64,000 nucleotides of DNA from Octopus sinensis (Eukaryota): positions 22,878,001 through 22,942,000 of the forward strand of contig NC_043010.1 in assembly GCF_006345805.1 (NCBI RefSeq), written 5' to 3'. The notes beneath the pieces were generated by a model. The model was not told where the DNA came from. It did no database searches and saw only the letters and a program-made list of their open reading frames with translations. Shown in pieces: positions 1 through 15,063 of this stretch. Positions within the stretch are counted from its first letter, which is position 1. The number at the start of each line of letters is the position of its first letter. The position numbers and the translations under genes were made by a program.

Positions 1-1
1 G

Positions 2-200
2 TTGAAGATTATGCATGGATATGTTAGTAGAAAGCTCTGAGATAATAGTAACATTGATCATCAAAGCAGTCTGTCGTGGACCAACCACCGGATTACTATC
101 TTCTGTTTTGAAGTGTATGCATTTGCAACCCAAGAACAGGAAATATCAATGATGCACAAAAGGTACAGAGATGCAGGAAAAACAGCAAAATGTGAGAGAA
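2..200 (+). pseudogene. R4/Dong-like (RLE non-LTR) retrotransposon remnant, post-RT region
   Basis: Frame +2 reads MHGYVSRKL*DNSNIDHQSSLSWT...FEVYAFATQEQEIS, matching the LHG...D...S..W....EG...A.QEQ.I pattern between RT thumb and CCHC in this clade; one in-frame stop. Confidence 0.55.
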
Positions 201-441
201 CCAAACCACATACCGCAGCGTATCGTGTAGCTTACGCATGAACTGTTGACTGACCGGAGATAAGAGGTCTGAAAAACAGAGGCAGTAGCGGGAATGGGGC
301 AATGTGAATTGTGCGTTGTAGTTGATACTTTCTTTCTTTATCCCCCTCTCCCTCTCTCTCTCTCTCTATTATGTCACTCTTATTCATAATATATACATTA
401 ACATTATATACACCCCCACACAAATATTTCTGTATGTAAGC

Positions 442-720
<279 letters not shown>

Positions 721-886
721 AGGGCGAGCGTGGCTCTGTGGTAAGGTGTTTGCTTTCCAACCGTATAAATTTGGATTCAGTTCTACTGCGTGGCATCTTG
801 GGCGTGTCTTCTGCTGTAGTCTCGAGCCAACCAAACCCTGATGAGTGGAATTAGAAGACGGAAAATAAAAAACGCCTGTCGTATAT
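721..886 (+). mobile_element. tRNA-derived SINE family A, 5' part, degenerate
   Basis: Aligns to the head and body of the full copy at 1839-2306. Confidence 0.8.
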
Positions 887-1196
887 ATAAACGGTAAATG
901 GGTAGAAACCCCATCCGGCCATAAATGACCTAGAAAGTTACTCTGCAAGGCACAAGTCCGAGCTAGGTTGCCTATGGAAGGCCAGCAATCATCCATGCAT
1001 ACCAGCTTTCCTTCCCCACGCCACCGTTGAAAGGCAAAGACTGATACAGCTTGGCACCATTCACATTGTCACACATTTCTACAGCCGAACAAACTGGAGC
1101 AACTTGAAATAAAGTGCTTTGTTCAGGAACACAACACACAAATTGGCCTGGGAATCGAGCTCACTGCCTTAGGATTGTGATCCTTATGCTCAAACC
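887..1196 (-). mobile_element. tRNA-derived SINE (family C), degenerate
   Basis: Minus strand has a B-box-like GAGCTCGATTCCCAGG followed by tgtgttcctgaacaaagcactttatttcaagttgctccag, a body motif related to 58345-58663. Confidence 0.6.
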
Positions 1197-1438
1197 AGCG
1201 ACAATTTTTACATTCAAATGACCGAAAAATGATGAGCTAACCTCAAGCAGAGTCGATCCCACAACTCAACGCTTACATGGTCAAACGCTCACCCATCAAT
1301 TTAGTTAATGTATACTTAAAGTATCTAATACTACATATAATATTTATAAATAAACCTGAAAGGCTTTGCAAGTTACGGAGAGAAAGCTACTATGGAAGAC
1401 TCATAGTATAATAATAACTATATAATAATAAAAATAAA

Positions 1439-1521
<83 letters not shown>

Positions 1522-1526
<5 letters not shown>

Positions 1527-1676
1527 GACCAGAAGAAAATTCTAACTGGGCCCCACCTTGATACATCAACATGTCGTGCACATACGCTTGTGATGCATGT
1601 GCCTGGTGTACCCTTATCAGGCGGGTAGTCATGGTGGGTATACTAGGCTTCGTATATTTTACCCCAGTGTCACTCA
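1522..1676 (+). mobile_element. Non-autonomous repeat family D, 5'-truncated copy embedded in (TAA)n
   Basis: Homologous (inverted) to part of 10051-10600; ends ...ccccagtgtcactc(aat)n and has (AAT)n on both flanks. Confidence 0.75.
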
Positions 1677-1789
1677 ATAATAATAATAATAATATGATAA
1701 TAACTATATACTATAATAATATTGTTATATAATTATATACATATATATATGGTTGAAATTTATATAATATACATACATACATACATACA

Positions 1790-1835
<46 letters not shown>

Positions 1836-1838
1836 CAT

Positions 1839-2003
1839 GGCGCAGGAGTGGCTGTGTGGTAAGTAGCTTGTTTACCAACGACATGGTTCCGGGTTCAGTC
1901 CCACTACGTGGCACCTTGGGCAAGTGTCTTCTACTATAGCCTCGGGCCGACCAAAGCCTTGTGAGTGGATTTGGTAGACGGAAACTGAAAGAAGCCCGTC
2001 GTA

Positions 2004-2089
<86 letters not shown>

Positions 2090-2303
2090 TGGTGTGTTTG
2101 TGTGTCTGCGTTTGTCCTCCTAGCATTGCTTGACAACCGATGCTGGTGTGTTTATGTCCCCGTAACTTAGCGGTTCGGCAAAAGAGACCAAGAATAAATA
2201 CTGGGCTTACAAAAGAATAAGTCCCGGGGTCGATTGCTTGATTAAAGGCGGTGCTCCAGCATGGCCACTGTCAAATGACTGAAACAAGTAGAAGAGTAGA
2301 AGA

Positions 2304-2306
<3 letters not shown>
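1839..2306 (+). mobile_element. tRNA-derived SINE family A, full-length, with internal (TA)n tract
   Basis: A-box TGGCTGTGTGG, B-box GGTTCAGTCCC, body accttgggcaagtgtcttc, central (TA)n, tail gactgaaacaagtagaagagt; many homologues in the window. Confidence 0.9.
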
Positions 2307-2351
<45 letters not shown>

Positions 2352-2361
2352 ATGTATGTAT

Positions 2362-2662
2362 CGCCATGATAGATCGTTAGCCACTACACACATTTTTTCT
2401 CTACTTGTTTCTCTCCTTGTTTTTTCTGTGTCCCTTTCTATAGAAGAGCGTAGGCTCGAAGCCTAAAAGACTTTTTCTATTCCTGAGCGTTATACTAATA
2501 CATCTGTTTGTTTTGTACACCACCTGTCCTCGTCTTTTGTTTTTTTCGTAAACTCTCCGTATATATATATATATACATAGTAGAAATTTATGGAAAAGCA
2601 AAAGAAGAACACAGGTGTATGAACAATAAACAAGTGTATTAGTTTGACACTCGTGAAAAATA
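2362..2662. mobile_element. PLE-type tail with degenerate hammerhead, plus inverted partial copy across a (TA)n spacer
   Basis: 2433-2470 gaagagcgtaggctcgaagcctaaaaga matches 47232-47269; about 2590-2662 is a diverged reverse complement of about 2485-2550. Confidence 0.6.
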
Positions 2663-2949
2663 AAAAATAAAAAAATTGCATATTTCAGCTGTCTACCGTG
2701 GTGAATGATATATATATATATATAGTTCTGTGTGTGTGTAAATGTAAGATTCAAGGATCCAGGTGTAGGAATATAGTATGCTTCAAGCAGAAGGAACAAA
2801 AAGAAAAAATTTCAGAACCAATGGTGGTTTATTGACGTAGAAGCCTGTACATTTTTCCCATATCAAAGTTCGAGGAGTTGAAAAAGGTATTTCATAGTTT
2901 ATGATTAGCAACTGGGGTCACTGCCTGTGTTTTTCCCCTTCTCCACCGC

Positions 2950-3112
2950 TTAAAAACAGGTGTGGGTGTGTTTATGTTCCTGTAAGTAAAACGGTTCGGC
3001 AAACGGATTCCATAGAACTCCAAATAGATTCCAGGCTCCAAACTTCAGCAGTGGCGTCAATTCATTCAACAAAAATTTCTTTGAGGCTGTGCCCCAGTAT
3101 GGCCACAATCTA
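2950..3112 (+). mobile_element. SINE family A, 3' part
   Basis: gtgtttatgttcctgtaagt..cggttcggcaaa...ccccagtatggccacaatc matches the family A tail. Confidence 0.7.
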
Positions 3113-3265
3113 ATGAATGAAACGAGGAATAGATTGAATAAAACAACATACATACAAACATACAAACACGCATATGCATATTTTTATCTGTATGTATTAC
3201 ACACAGAAACATAAACACACACACACGCACACAACACACACACACCACACACACACACACATACA

Positions 3266-3318
<53 letters not shown>

Positions 3319-3382
3319 TGATATAAATAATGGCAAGACAACAAAAGAATGAAAGAGACTTGATATTATGTATATATATATC

Positions 3383-3510
<128 letters not shown>

Positions 3511-3530
3511 TAGATATATACATATATATA

Positions 3531-5352
3531 CTAGCTTAAGGTGACCCGCTCTACGCGCGGGTTAGAGTGTAGTTGTTATTTTCTGTTACATCCTTTCGGC
3601 ACGTAAAAAGCACCATCCGAACGTGGGCGATGGCAGCGCCGCCTTGACTGGCTTCTGTGCCGGTGGCACGTAAAAAGCACCAACCGATCGTGGCCGCTGC
3701 CAGTGGCACCTGTGCCGGTGGCACGAAAAAAGCACCCACTACAATCAAGGAGTGGTTGGTGTTAGGAAGGGCATCCAGCTGTAGAAACACTGCCAGATCA
3801 GACTGGAGCCTGGTGCAGCCTTCTGGCTTCCCAGACCCCGGTCAAACCGTCCAACCCGTGCTAGCACGGAAAACGGACGTTAAACGATGATGATGATGAT
3901 TCTCCCTCTTTGTTTCTCTCTCCTTTCTCTTTCCCTTTCCCACTCTCTTACTCTTCATTTCTCTCTCCCATTTACAAACAATAAAAGATCTTGAGTAATT
4001 TGAGAAAGAAAGTAGTTTGAAAGATCAATCATAAATATCAGGCAGTGACAACGGAAAGGTCTGCTTCAAGGCAGAAAGCAAAACACTAACATTTAAAAGG
4101 GACAGACGAACTTGCGAGCTGAATAAAAATTAAAAAATATAGGAAACCAAAGTTTGAAAGGATTGAATGTGAGGATAGTAGAGTCACCATGGCTGGCATT
4201 TCTTAACGACGGACATCAACATAGTGGCAGTTTAACGGCTGGCGTAAAATTTTGAACTTGATGTAAAATAAAATTCGTAAACACCAAGTTTTGAAGTGAT
4301 TCTTTCTCACGACAGTAGACTCACCATGGCAAGCATTCAAAACTTCTTCATCATGGATGGCAACACATTGACGATTAAAAGGCTGGCGCAAATTTTTGAG
4401 TTTTATGTAACAGAGAATTCCTAAACACCCGCTCCTGTAAATTTTAATCCCCTTCAAGCCCCGTTTAGACCTCTTATCACATTTTGGTTAATATAACCCG
4501 ATTTCATTCGAACCTACTCGGGTCACATTTTATAAGATGAGGAATTTTGTCCTAGAGGTCACTCCTTTCATTTGAGGAAAAAAATAGGTGCCATACAAAC
4601 TCGCCAGCACTTTTAACATAGGTGTGCATATTTTCAGCACAACCGACCACATAATGCACACATTATATATATAAAAATAAAAATATAATATACAAAATAT
4701 ATAAAATATAAAATTTAAAAATTGAAATTATTTAAATTTAAAATTAAAATTATCAATTTATATTTATAATTTTAAAAAAAAATATATATATAACTATCAA
4801 AAAGTATTAAAGTTTAATATACATATTTATATATAGAACACACACACACACATATAATTAAGCCAATAAATATCTGATTCATAATATTTGTTCTCATGAT
4901 TGCGTGGTGGTGGTGGCGATGATAATTCTGTCTATGAATGCAGACATACGTAAAGAGAGAGAGAGAGAGTGTGTGTGAAAGCGCTGTGGAAGGCGGAGAG
5001 GGGGAGATACAGAACGCCGTTTGAGGATGTTATAAAGAGAAAGTGAAGGGGAGTTAGACGCTGTTAGACGACGTTATATATAGAAAGTGATGGGAAGAGA
5101 TGGAAAGAGAGTGAGTGACGGAAGAAGACAGATACATAAAAGAATGAGAGTCGACTTGTCAAAGTGCGTTTTTGGCCCTAGCAACGACACCTTTTAAGGT
5201 GGGGATTTACAACCTAGTCCACTGGCATCCTCACCTCATTTTACATGTTCCTGTAAATTTTGGAGTCAATCCGACGGGATCTAGTGGCCTTTAACCCGTT
5301 CTCAATGCCAAAACCAGACAAACAAACAAACATTTCGCATTCAGTTTTATAA

Positions 5353-5357
<5 letters not shown>
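3531..5357 (-). mobile_element. Probable non-autonomous Helitron-like element
   Basis: Minus-strand 3' end has hairpin ACCCGC-GCGTAGA-GCGGGT, 9 nt, then CTAG|T. Minus-strand 5' end A|TTTATTTATAAAACTG..TGTTTGTTTGTTTGTCTG..GAACGG..GATTGA..AAATTT resembles Helitron-N 5' ends (TC reads TT). Internal ~140-bp degenerate tandem repeat at about 4144-4430. Confidence 0.55.
3586..3900 (+). mobile_element. SINE/LINE-tail repeat ending in (GAT)n, nested in the Helitron-like element
   Basis: ttaggaagggcatccagctgtagaaac...ggaaaacggacgttaaac(gat)n, an RTE-like 3' tail; internal repeated gtgccggtggcacg(t)aaaaagcacc modules. Confidence 0.7.
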
Positions 5358-5393
<36 letters not shown>

Positions 5394-5457
5394 CATACAT
5401 ACATACATACATACATACATACATACTACATACATACATACATACATACATACATAC

Positions 5458-6012
5458 ATGGTGGCTACCCACCTCGTTATGGAGTATGGCCATTGCACGA
5501 AGCTTAATCAATGTTGTTATCGTGCAATGCCTGTGCAAGAAGATGTGTTTTAAGTGAGGAAAGGCTGTGCACTGAGTCAATCCCACTCACTAAGCAACAG
5601 CAGCCATAATCCGAAAAGAAGAACGAGTCAACATCATTAGTAACCACTGAGCCGCAGGTTTTATGTCAGAGTTATCCCAGTTACCTGAGTTACCTTCTCC
5701 TAGAAGGATGCCCTAACAAAGGCTAGGAGTCCTTCACTCTAAATGGTTTAACTGCACGATCGGGTATTCAGTCCGATTATTTCCATGTCCCCGCGCAGGA
5801 TACAGCCTTAAGACATTTATTGGATGGCCGTTGACTCTCAAGAGTTCCTCTGCCCTTTGACGGGTTTTGTTTTTCATCCCGCAGGGTGTCCAATAATCAC
5901 CCTCCTCACTAAGCAAGCTTAGTGGTGTTGCCAGTTTAGTCGCTGACGACCCGACCATGCAACAGGTTTTACTGGGTTACATGTTACCAGTAGCACTCGA
6001 AAGTGTCCTGAC
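5458..6012 (-). mobile_element. Non-coding ~550-bp repeat family E in (TACA)n
   Basis: Inverted homologue of 26404-26951 over the whole length; both copies are flanked by TACA/TATG repeats. Confidence 0.85.
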
Positions 6013-6067
6013 ATACATACATACATACATATATATATATATACATACATACATACATACATACGAA

Positions 6068-6497
6068 GGCGGTGAGCTGGCAGAACCGTTAGCACAACGG
6101 GCGAAATGCTTAGTGGTATTTCGTCTGCCGTTACGTTCAGAGTTCAAATTCCGCCGAGGTCGGCTTTGCCTTTCATCATTTCGGGGTCGATTAAATAAGT
6201 ACCAGTTACGCACTGGGGTCGATATAATCGACTTAACCCCTTTGTCAATCCGTGTTTGTCTCCTCTGTGTGTAGCCCCTTGTGGGCAGTAAAGAAATAAG
6301 AACCGTTAGCACGCCGGCGAAATGCTTCGCGGTATTTCGTCTGGTTTTTCATTCTGAGTTCAAATTCCGCCGAGGCCGATTATGCCTTTCATCCTTTCAA
6401 GATCGATAAATTAAGTACCAGTTGCATACTGGGGTCGATCAAATCGATTGGCTCCCTCCTCCAGAATTTCAGGCCTTGTGCCTAGAGTAGAAAAGAA
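6068..6497 (+). mobile_element. Two tandem copies of tRNA-derived SINE family B (6068-6300, 6301-6497)
   Basis: ggcggtgagctggcagaaccgttagc...gagttcaaattccgccgaggtc...gcctttcatcctttcggggtcgat..aagtaccag; central motif resembles the Nin/Deu-type SINE domain (inference). Confidence 0.85.
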
Positions 6498-6789
6498 CAT
6501 ACCTACATATATGTGTTTGTGTGTGTATGTATGAATGTATGTGTATAAGTATACTCTATCTATGCGTGAGTTTTGCGTGTGTATTAAAATGTATGAAAAC
6601 ATATTAAAGTATCATTACACGTGAAGAAACCTGAGATGACTCATTCGTTGAACAAACAACATCATACACACTCACTTCGAAGCACCTGTACACATACACA
6701 CACAGATTCATATAGAATACATACAGTGACAGAGGTTGACGCACGAAAAATGATCGTGCATGCAATCATAAATACAGATAGCATCGCCC

Positions 6790-9400
<2,611 letters not shown>

Positions 9401-9569
9401 TCTTCTTTTCTATCAAACAGAACAGCACCACATCACGTCTTCTAAAGTAACAAAGTGAGAAAACATACTCACGATACAGATATATATATATTTCGTACGT
9501 CTTCTTCCCCTCGTTTATGCATCATTGTTCTACTTTGTGTTTTATTCGACACACACATGTGAGTACATC

Positions 9570-9616
<47 letters not shown>

Positions 9617-9859
9617 CACAGTCGAATTTCACACACTAAGAAATTTTGTACAAATCTTGATTCCATGGAAACCCAGTAATGTGAAATGGAGTCGGCATTG
9701 GTACCAATGCGTTCATTGGTGGTTTTGGCTGAAAGAGTTCGATAACTTTAACTAGCGTGAAGAATTGAGAATTTGACGTTTTGTACGGTTGCAATTTGTC
9801 AAGGAGTGACGACAAGAGAATGGAATTTTCGTCGTTTTAATTTGTCTGAAAGAATCGTT

Positions 9860-10035
9860 TGCATGCCGGACAAAATACTTGCAACATTTCTACCGGTTCT
9901 TTACGATCGCGGTCCACTTTGCCTTTCATGCTTTCAGTGTCCATAAAATAAGTACCAGTTAGGCACTGGGGTCGATGTAATCGACTTACTCCCTCAGCCG
10001 TAATTACTGACTGTATGCCAAAATTTGAAACCATT
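9860..10035 (+). mobile_element. SINE family B, degenerate
   Basis: tttgcctttcatgctttc..aaataagtaccagttaggcactggggtcgatgtaatcgact. Confidence 0.7.
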
Positions 10036-10050
10036 ATTGTTATTTTTATT

Positions 10051-10600
10051 GAGTGAGAGAGCAGTGCATGCTATCAAAGTCACACTGGGGTAAAATATAC
10101 GAAGCCCAGTATATCCTTCATGACAATCCGTCTGATAAGAGTGCACTAGGCACATGCATCACAACCATATGTACGCGATATGGTGATCTCATATCAAGAT
10201 GAACAACACATGACCTTGCAGGTGGGACTCAGTTAGAATTTTCTTCTGGTCGAGTAGCCCATCCCGCTCAAAAGGTCCCTGAATAAGGATTGTTTAAGGA
10301 TGTTGAACGTAACACCCATGTTCCCAAAGGTGAATTATCCAATTCTCTAAGAATTCGTTTCAATACATGGCTATGATGCTCCCCCACTACTTCTGCTTGT
10401 GATAAGAGATGCACATATCGTCAGCTACTAAGGGATGTGGTCAACTGGTTAAGGTCAAACATCTGACAAGCAAATCCGTGGTATTGAGCAGAATATTTGC
10501 TGTAGCCCATCTTTTATATCAAAACAAAACAATGTACATGATAACACTTCAAATCAGTTAAGATCACAAGCCATGAAAGCCACTGCTTGGGACAGTATCA
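10051..10600 (-). mobile_element. Non-autonomous repeat family D (~550 bp) in (TAA)n
   Basis: Contains the 1522-1676 sequence; minus strand ends ctcactc then AAT-rich tail; (ATT)n flanks on plus. Confidence 0.75.
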
Positions 10601-10603
10601 GGG

Positions 10604-10616
10604 CATTATTATTATT

Positions 10617-10668
<52 letters not shown>

Positions 10669-10743
10669 TGGCTGTTGCTGTTGATGTTGCTGTTGCTGCT
10701 GCTGTTGTTGTTGTTGTTCTTCTTCTTCTTCTTCTTCTTCTTC

Positions 10744-10774
<31 letters not shown>

Positions 10775-10845
10775 TACTATTATCATTATCATTATCATTA
10801 TCATTATCATAAATGTTATTATTATTATTATTATTATTATTATAT
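10604..10845. repeat. Compound trinucleotide microsatellite (ATT/GTT/GCT/CTT/ATC)n
   Basis: Directly visible. Confidence 0.95.
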
Positions 10846-10992
10846 GTTTGACTTTTGCTTTATGTCTGTACAAGTTAGCTCCAAGTCTCACCCAGAAACC
10901 TCAAGAGACAACAGGTTGGAAGTTCTGTGCCATATATTTGGGTTTTTTGTTTTTTTTGTTGTTTTTTTTTGGTGTTGTACTAGTGAATATCT
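10846..10992 (-). mobile_element. R4/Dong-like LINE 3' UTR only
   Basis: Reverse complement of about 12262-12414, the 3' UTR of the plus-strand copy; followed by (AAT)n on its sense strand. Confidence 0.8.
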
Positions 10993-11049
10993 AATACATA
11001 AAATAATAATAATAATAATAAAAAATAAAAAAAAAATAAAAAGTAAAAA

Positions 11050-11545
11050 TAAAGTCTTTAGTAATCTGTCAAGTCACAACAAGGACCTCAGACAGATAAT
11101 ACTTTCCTTAAGATGTGTGCTGTGCCCAGTAAGGCTGCTTTTTGCAAGACATCAATCTTGCATAGGATTTCCAGTCGCCTAAAGAAGTTTTGAAGTTTCA
11201 ATGGGATTGAGCCCAACGCTCCGATCACCATTGGTACCACTTTTACATTACCTTCTCGCATTCCCTTCAGTCTTGCCACTTCCACTTTCAATTCAGAGTA
11301 CTTGGTCATTTTTTCAACCTCTTTACTCACAACATTCATGTCATTTGGTATGGCTACATCAATGAGCTGACAGTATTTGTCTCTCTTATTCAATATGACA
11401 ATATATGGCCGTCGGTGTTCGATTACACGATCCGCCTGAAAATCATAGTCCTAGAGTGTCGTTACTTTTCTATCATCCTGCATAACTTTACTTGGTACAT
11501 GCTCATACCAGTTCTCTGTTATCTTATATTGGCATTTACGGTATA
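11050..11545 (-). pseudogene. R4/Dong-like LINE, restriction-like endonuclease (RLE) domain fragment
   Basis: HRRPYIVI..NKRDKYCQLIDVAIPND...EKMTKYSEL...VVPMVIGALG...LQKAALLGTAHILRKVL: RPD..D..K RLE signature with the typical C-terminus. Confidence 0.85.
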
Positions 11546-11635
11546 AGAGCCAATGAAGATACACATACACTTTATCATGGTGGCGTTTTTATTCTTATTG
11601 TGCAAGACTCCCACATCCACTTACCTAGTGGGTCA

Positions 11636-12557
<922 letters not shown>

Positions 12558-12585
12558 TTATTAACATTATTATCATTATTATTTT

Positions 12586-14540
12586 ACTTTTAATCTGCAT
12601 GCTTGTTACAATCACTTGCCGAGACACACCCAGAGTCTAAATGAAGGATAAGAGATGTTATAGTATGACTGAAAGCTTAAGGAGGCAAGCGGCTGGGGCA
12701 GTTGCGAAATTTCTTCATGTAATACAAAACAGAAATTTAAATGGATAGAGTTTTCTGAGAATGTGGACAATACATGTCAGCACAATCTTTTGGTTTTCTT
12801 TGAGACATGGTTCTCCTGGCATCTTATCTAGATGTTATGTCATCTCTTTTTTTTTATCATACCTAGGGCCCCTACAATAACAGGAACAATTCTCGTTTTA
12901 AGAGGCCACATCCTTTATATATTTTTTTATATTTCAATTTCCAGCTCCTTATATTTACTTATTTTCTCAAATTCCTTTACAGATATATTTTCATCAATGG
13001 GAACAGTTACATCTATTTGTCTCCAAGTGTTTTCTTCCCTGTCTTTAGTAATTATATCTGGTCGATTATCATAGATCGTTCTGTCAGTGTTGAATGGAAA
13101 ATGCCAGAGGACAGTGACATTTTCCCCTTCAACGATTGGCTCGGGGTGATGTTCATACCAATAAGCAGGAGTGCTGATTTTGTAGTGCTTACATATTTTC
13201 CAATGTAAATACTGTCCTACCCTATCGTGGCGAGTTTTGTATTCGTTTGGTGTCAGTACAGGACATTTCCAAACGAGATGGTCTACTGTTTCATCAAATT
13301 TATATCGCAGAATCTGCATTTAGTGTCAGAACTATTTTGAAGAACGTTAGCCTGATATTTTTTTGTTTAGCAAGCTTTGATCTTGTGCCGCTAATATGAA
13401 ATCTTTAGTCTCTGCTTTCAGTCCTGAACTTTTCGGCCGTTGATGGGTTGTTGCTTGGCCTACAACGGAATTTAGACTTCGAAGTATCTACTGTCCATGC
13501 AGAGGCTACTGGCTCCACGGCTCCTCAATTTGTTTCTGCCCGTTCCATTTTGCAATCTGCTTGATCCATTTTGGTTGTTTGGTGGAAGCGGTTTCAGGTT
13601 CTTCAGCTATTTCAAGGTTAATGCTAAGTTCCTTTGCCAATGTGCAAGCTTCAATGTCAATGGAATGTGATTTTTTGCTGCTTTCGTGTTTGCACTAAAG
13701 CTGTAGCATCCAGTCCTCTATATTAAATAAGTACCTGTTCATTGCTATTGTGGTGGTCATATAACACAGTTCTACCTGCATAATTCCTCTTCCCTCGCCG
13801 ACATCAATTTACCTATCACTATCTTTTGATAAATAATGTATGACTGCACTCATATGTGTGTGTGTGCGTGAGTGTGTGTGCGTGAGTGTGTGTGCGTGAG
13901 TGTGTATACATACACATACTCACACATACTGTAGGTAGGTACAGACGATCAAAGTCTGCTTTTGGGTGGTGTATGTTTTTAGATGCTAGAAGTTTTCTTT
14001 CTTCCTATCCAGGCATTGGAACCCTGTAAGATTCAAGTTAATCATGTTAAAACTATATTGGACTACTAGAAGTGCCAGGGTATTAATGGCTTCGATGCAA
14101 TTTTTGGAATTGAATTCAGTTTTTAGTATGAGTCGTATTCTCCTGTGATATTCCTTTCTTATTTTTCCCTTCATAGTAGCGTCATGTATACCGTCTCCTT
14201 CGTTTATCCCCAGGTATTTATAGCTTCCTTGTGGGTCCAGCTCCTTGATGGTAGTATCGGTATCTAATTTAACGGAAGCTGTTTACCTGAGCTTGTCTCT
14301 TACAAAAATTGCTTCAGCACACTTATCAAGGCCCAAATCCATCCCAGTGTCATTGCAGAACTCTTTAACAGCCCCATTAGCTCTTCGTCATTTCTAGCAA
14401 ACAGTTTCAGATCGTCCATACAAAACGGATGATTTATTATAATACATTTTGAACCCATACCTGGTGTTACTCAGTTCGTTTGAGTGTGGGATCAGTGCCA
14501 TGAAAAAGAGTAATAGGGAGAGGGAGTCTCACCTTGAAAT
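12586..14540 (-). pseudogene. R4/Dong-like LINE fragment (RT C-half, CCHC, RLE, 3' UTR), many disablements
   Basis: FQGE..SPL, FCMDDLKLFA, GM.LGLDKCA, KIRKEYHRRIRLILKTE, HHPKADFDRLYLP, ETVDHLVWKC, RPDIITKD, IVPVIVGALG; ATT-rich tail at the low-coordinate end. Confidence 0.9.
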
Positions 14541-14740
14541 TTGCCTCGTTTGATGTTGATGTTGTTATTGATGTTGATGTTGATGATATTGATGATATTG
14601 ATGGTGTTACATTGGCTCATCCCATTACTATGGTTTAGGAGACATGCGTTCCACTTGGCCTTACTACCTTATTATTATTGTTGTTGTTGTTGTTGTTGTT
14701 GTTATTATTATTATTGTTGTTGTTGTTGTTATTATTATTA

Positions 14741-14784
<44 letters not shown>

Positions 14785-14978
14785 TGACAGAATCTATAGA
14801 GCATTATACAAAATGCCTTACGGTATTTCTTCTGTATGTTTACTTTCTGAGTTCAAATCTCGCCGACATCAATTTACCTATCACTATCTTTTGATAAATA
14901 ATGTATGACTGTACTCATATGTGTGTGTGTGCGCGAGTGTGTGTACATACACATACTCACACAAACGCACATGCACAC

Positions 14979-15050
<72 letters not shown>

Positions 15051-15063
15051 TATATACACACAC

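Noticed and set aside
5458-5510. HDV-like ribozyme at the plus-strand start of family E (GTGGC..CCTCGT)
   Set aside because: The P1 pairing is not conserved in the second copy and P2/P4 could not be built.
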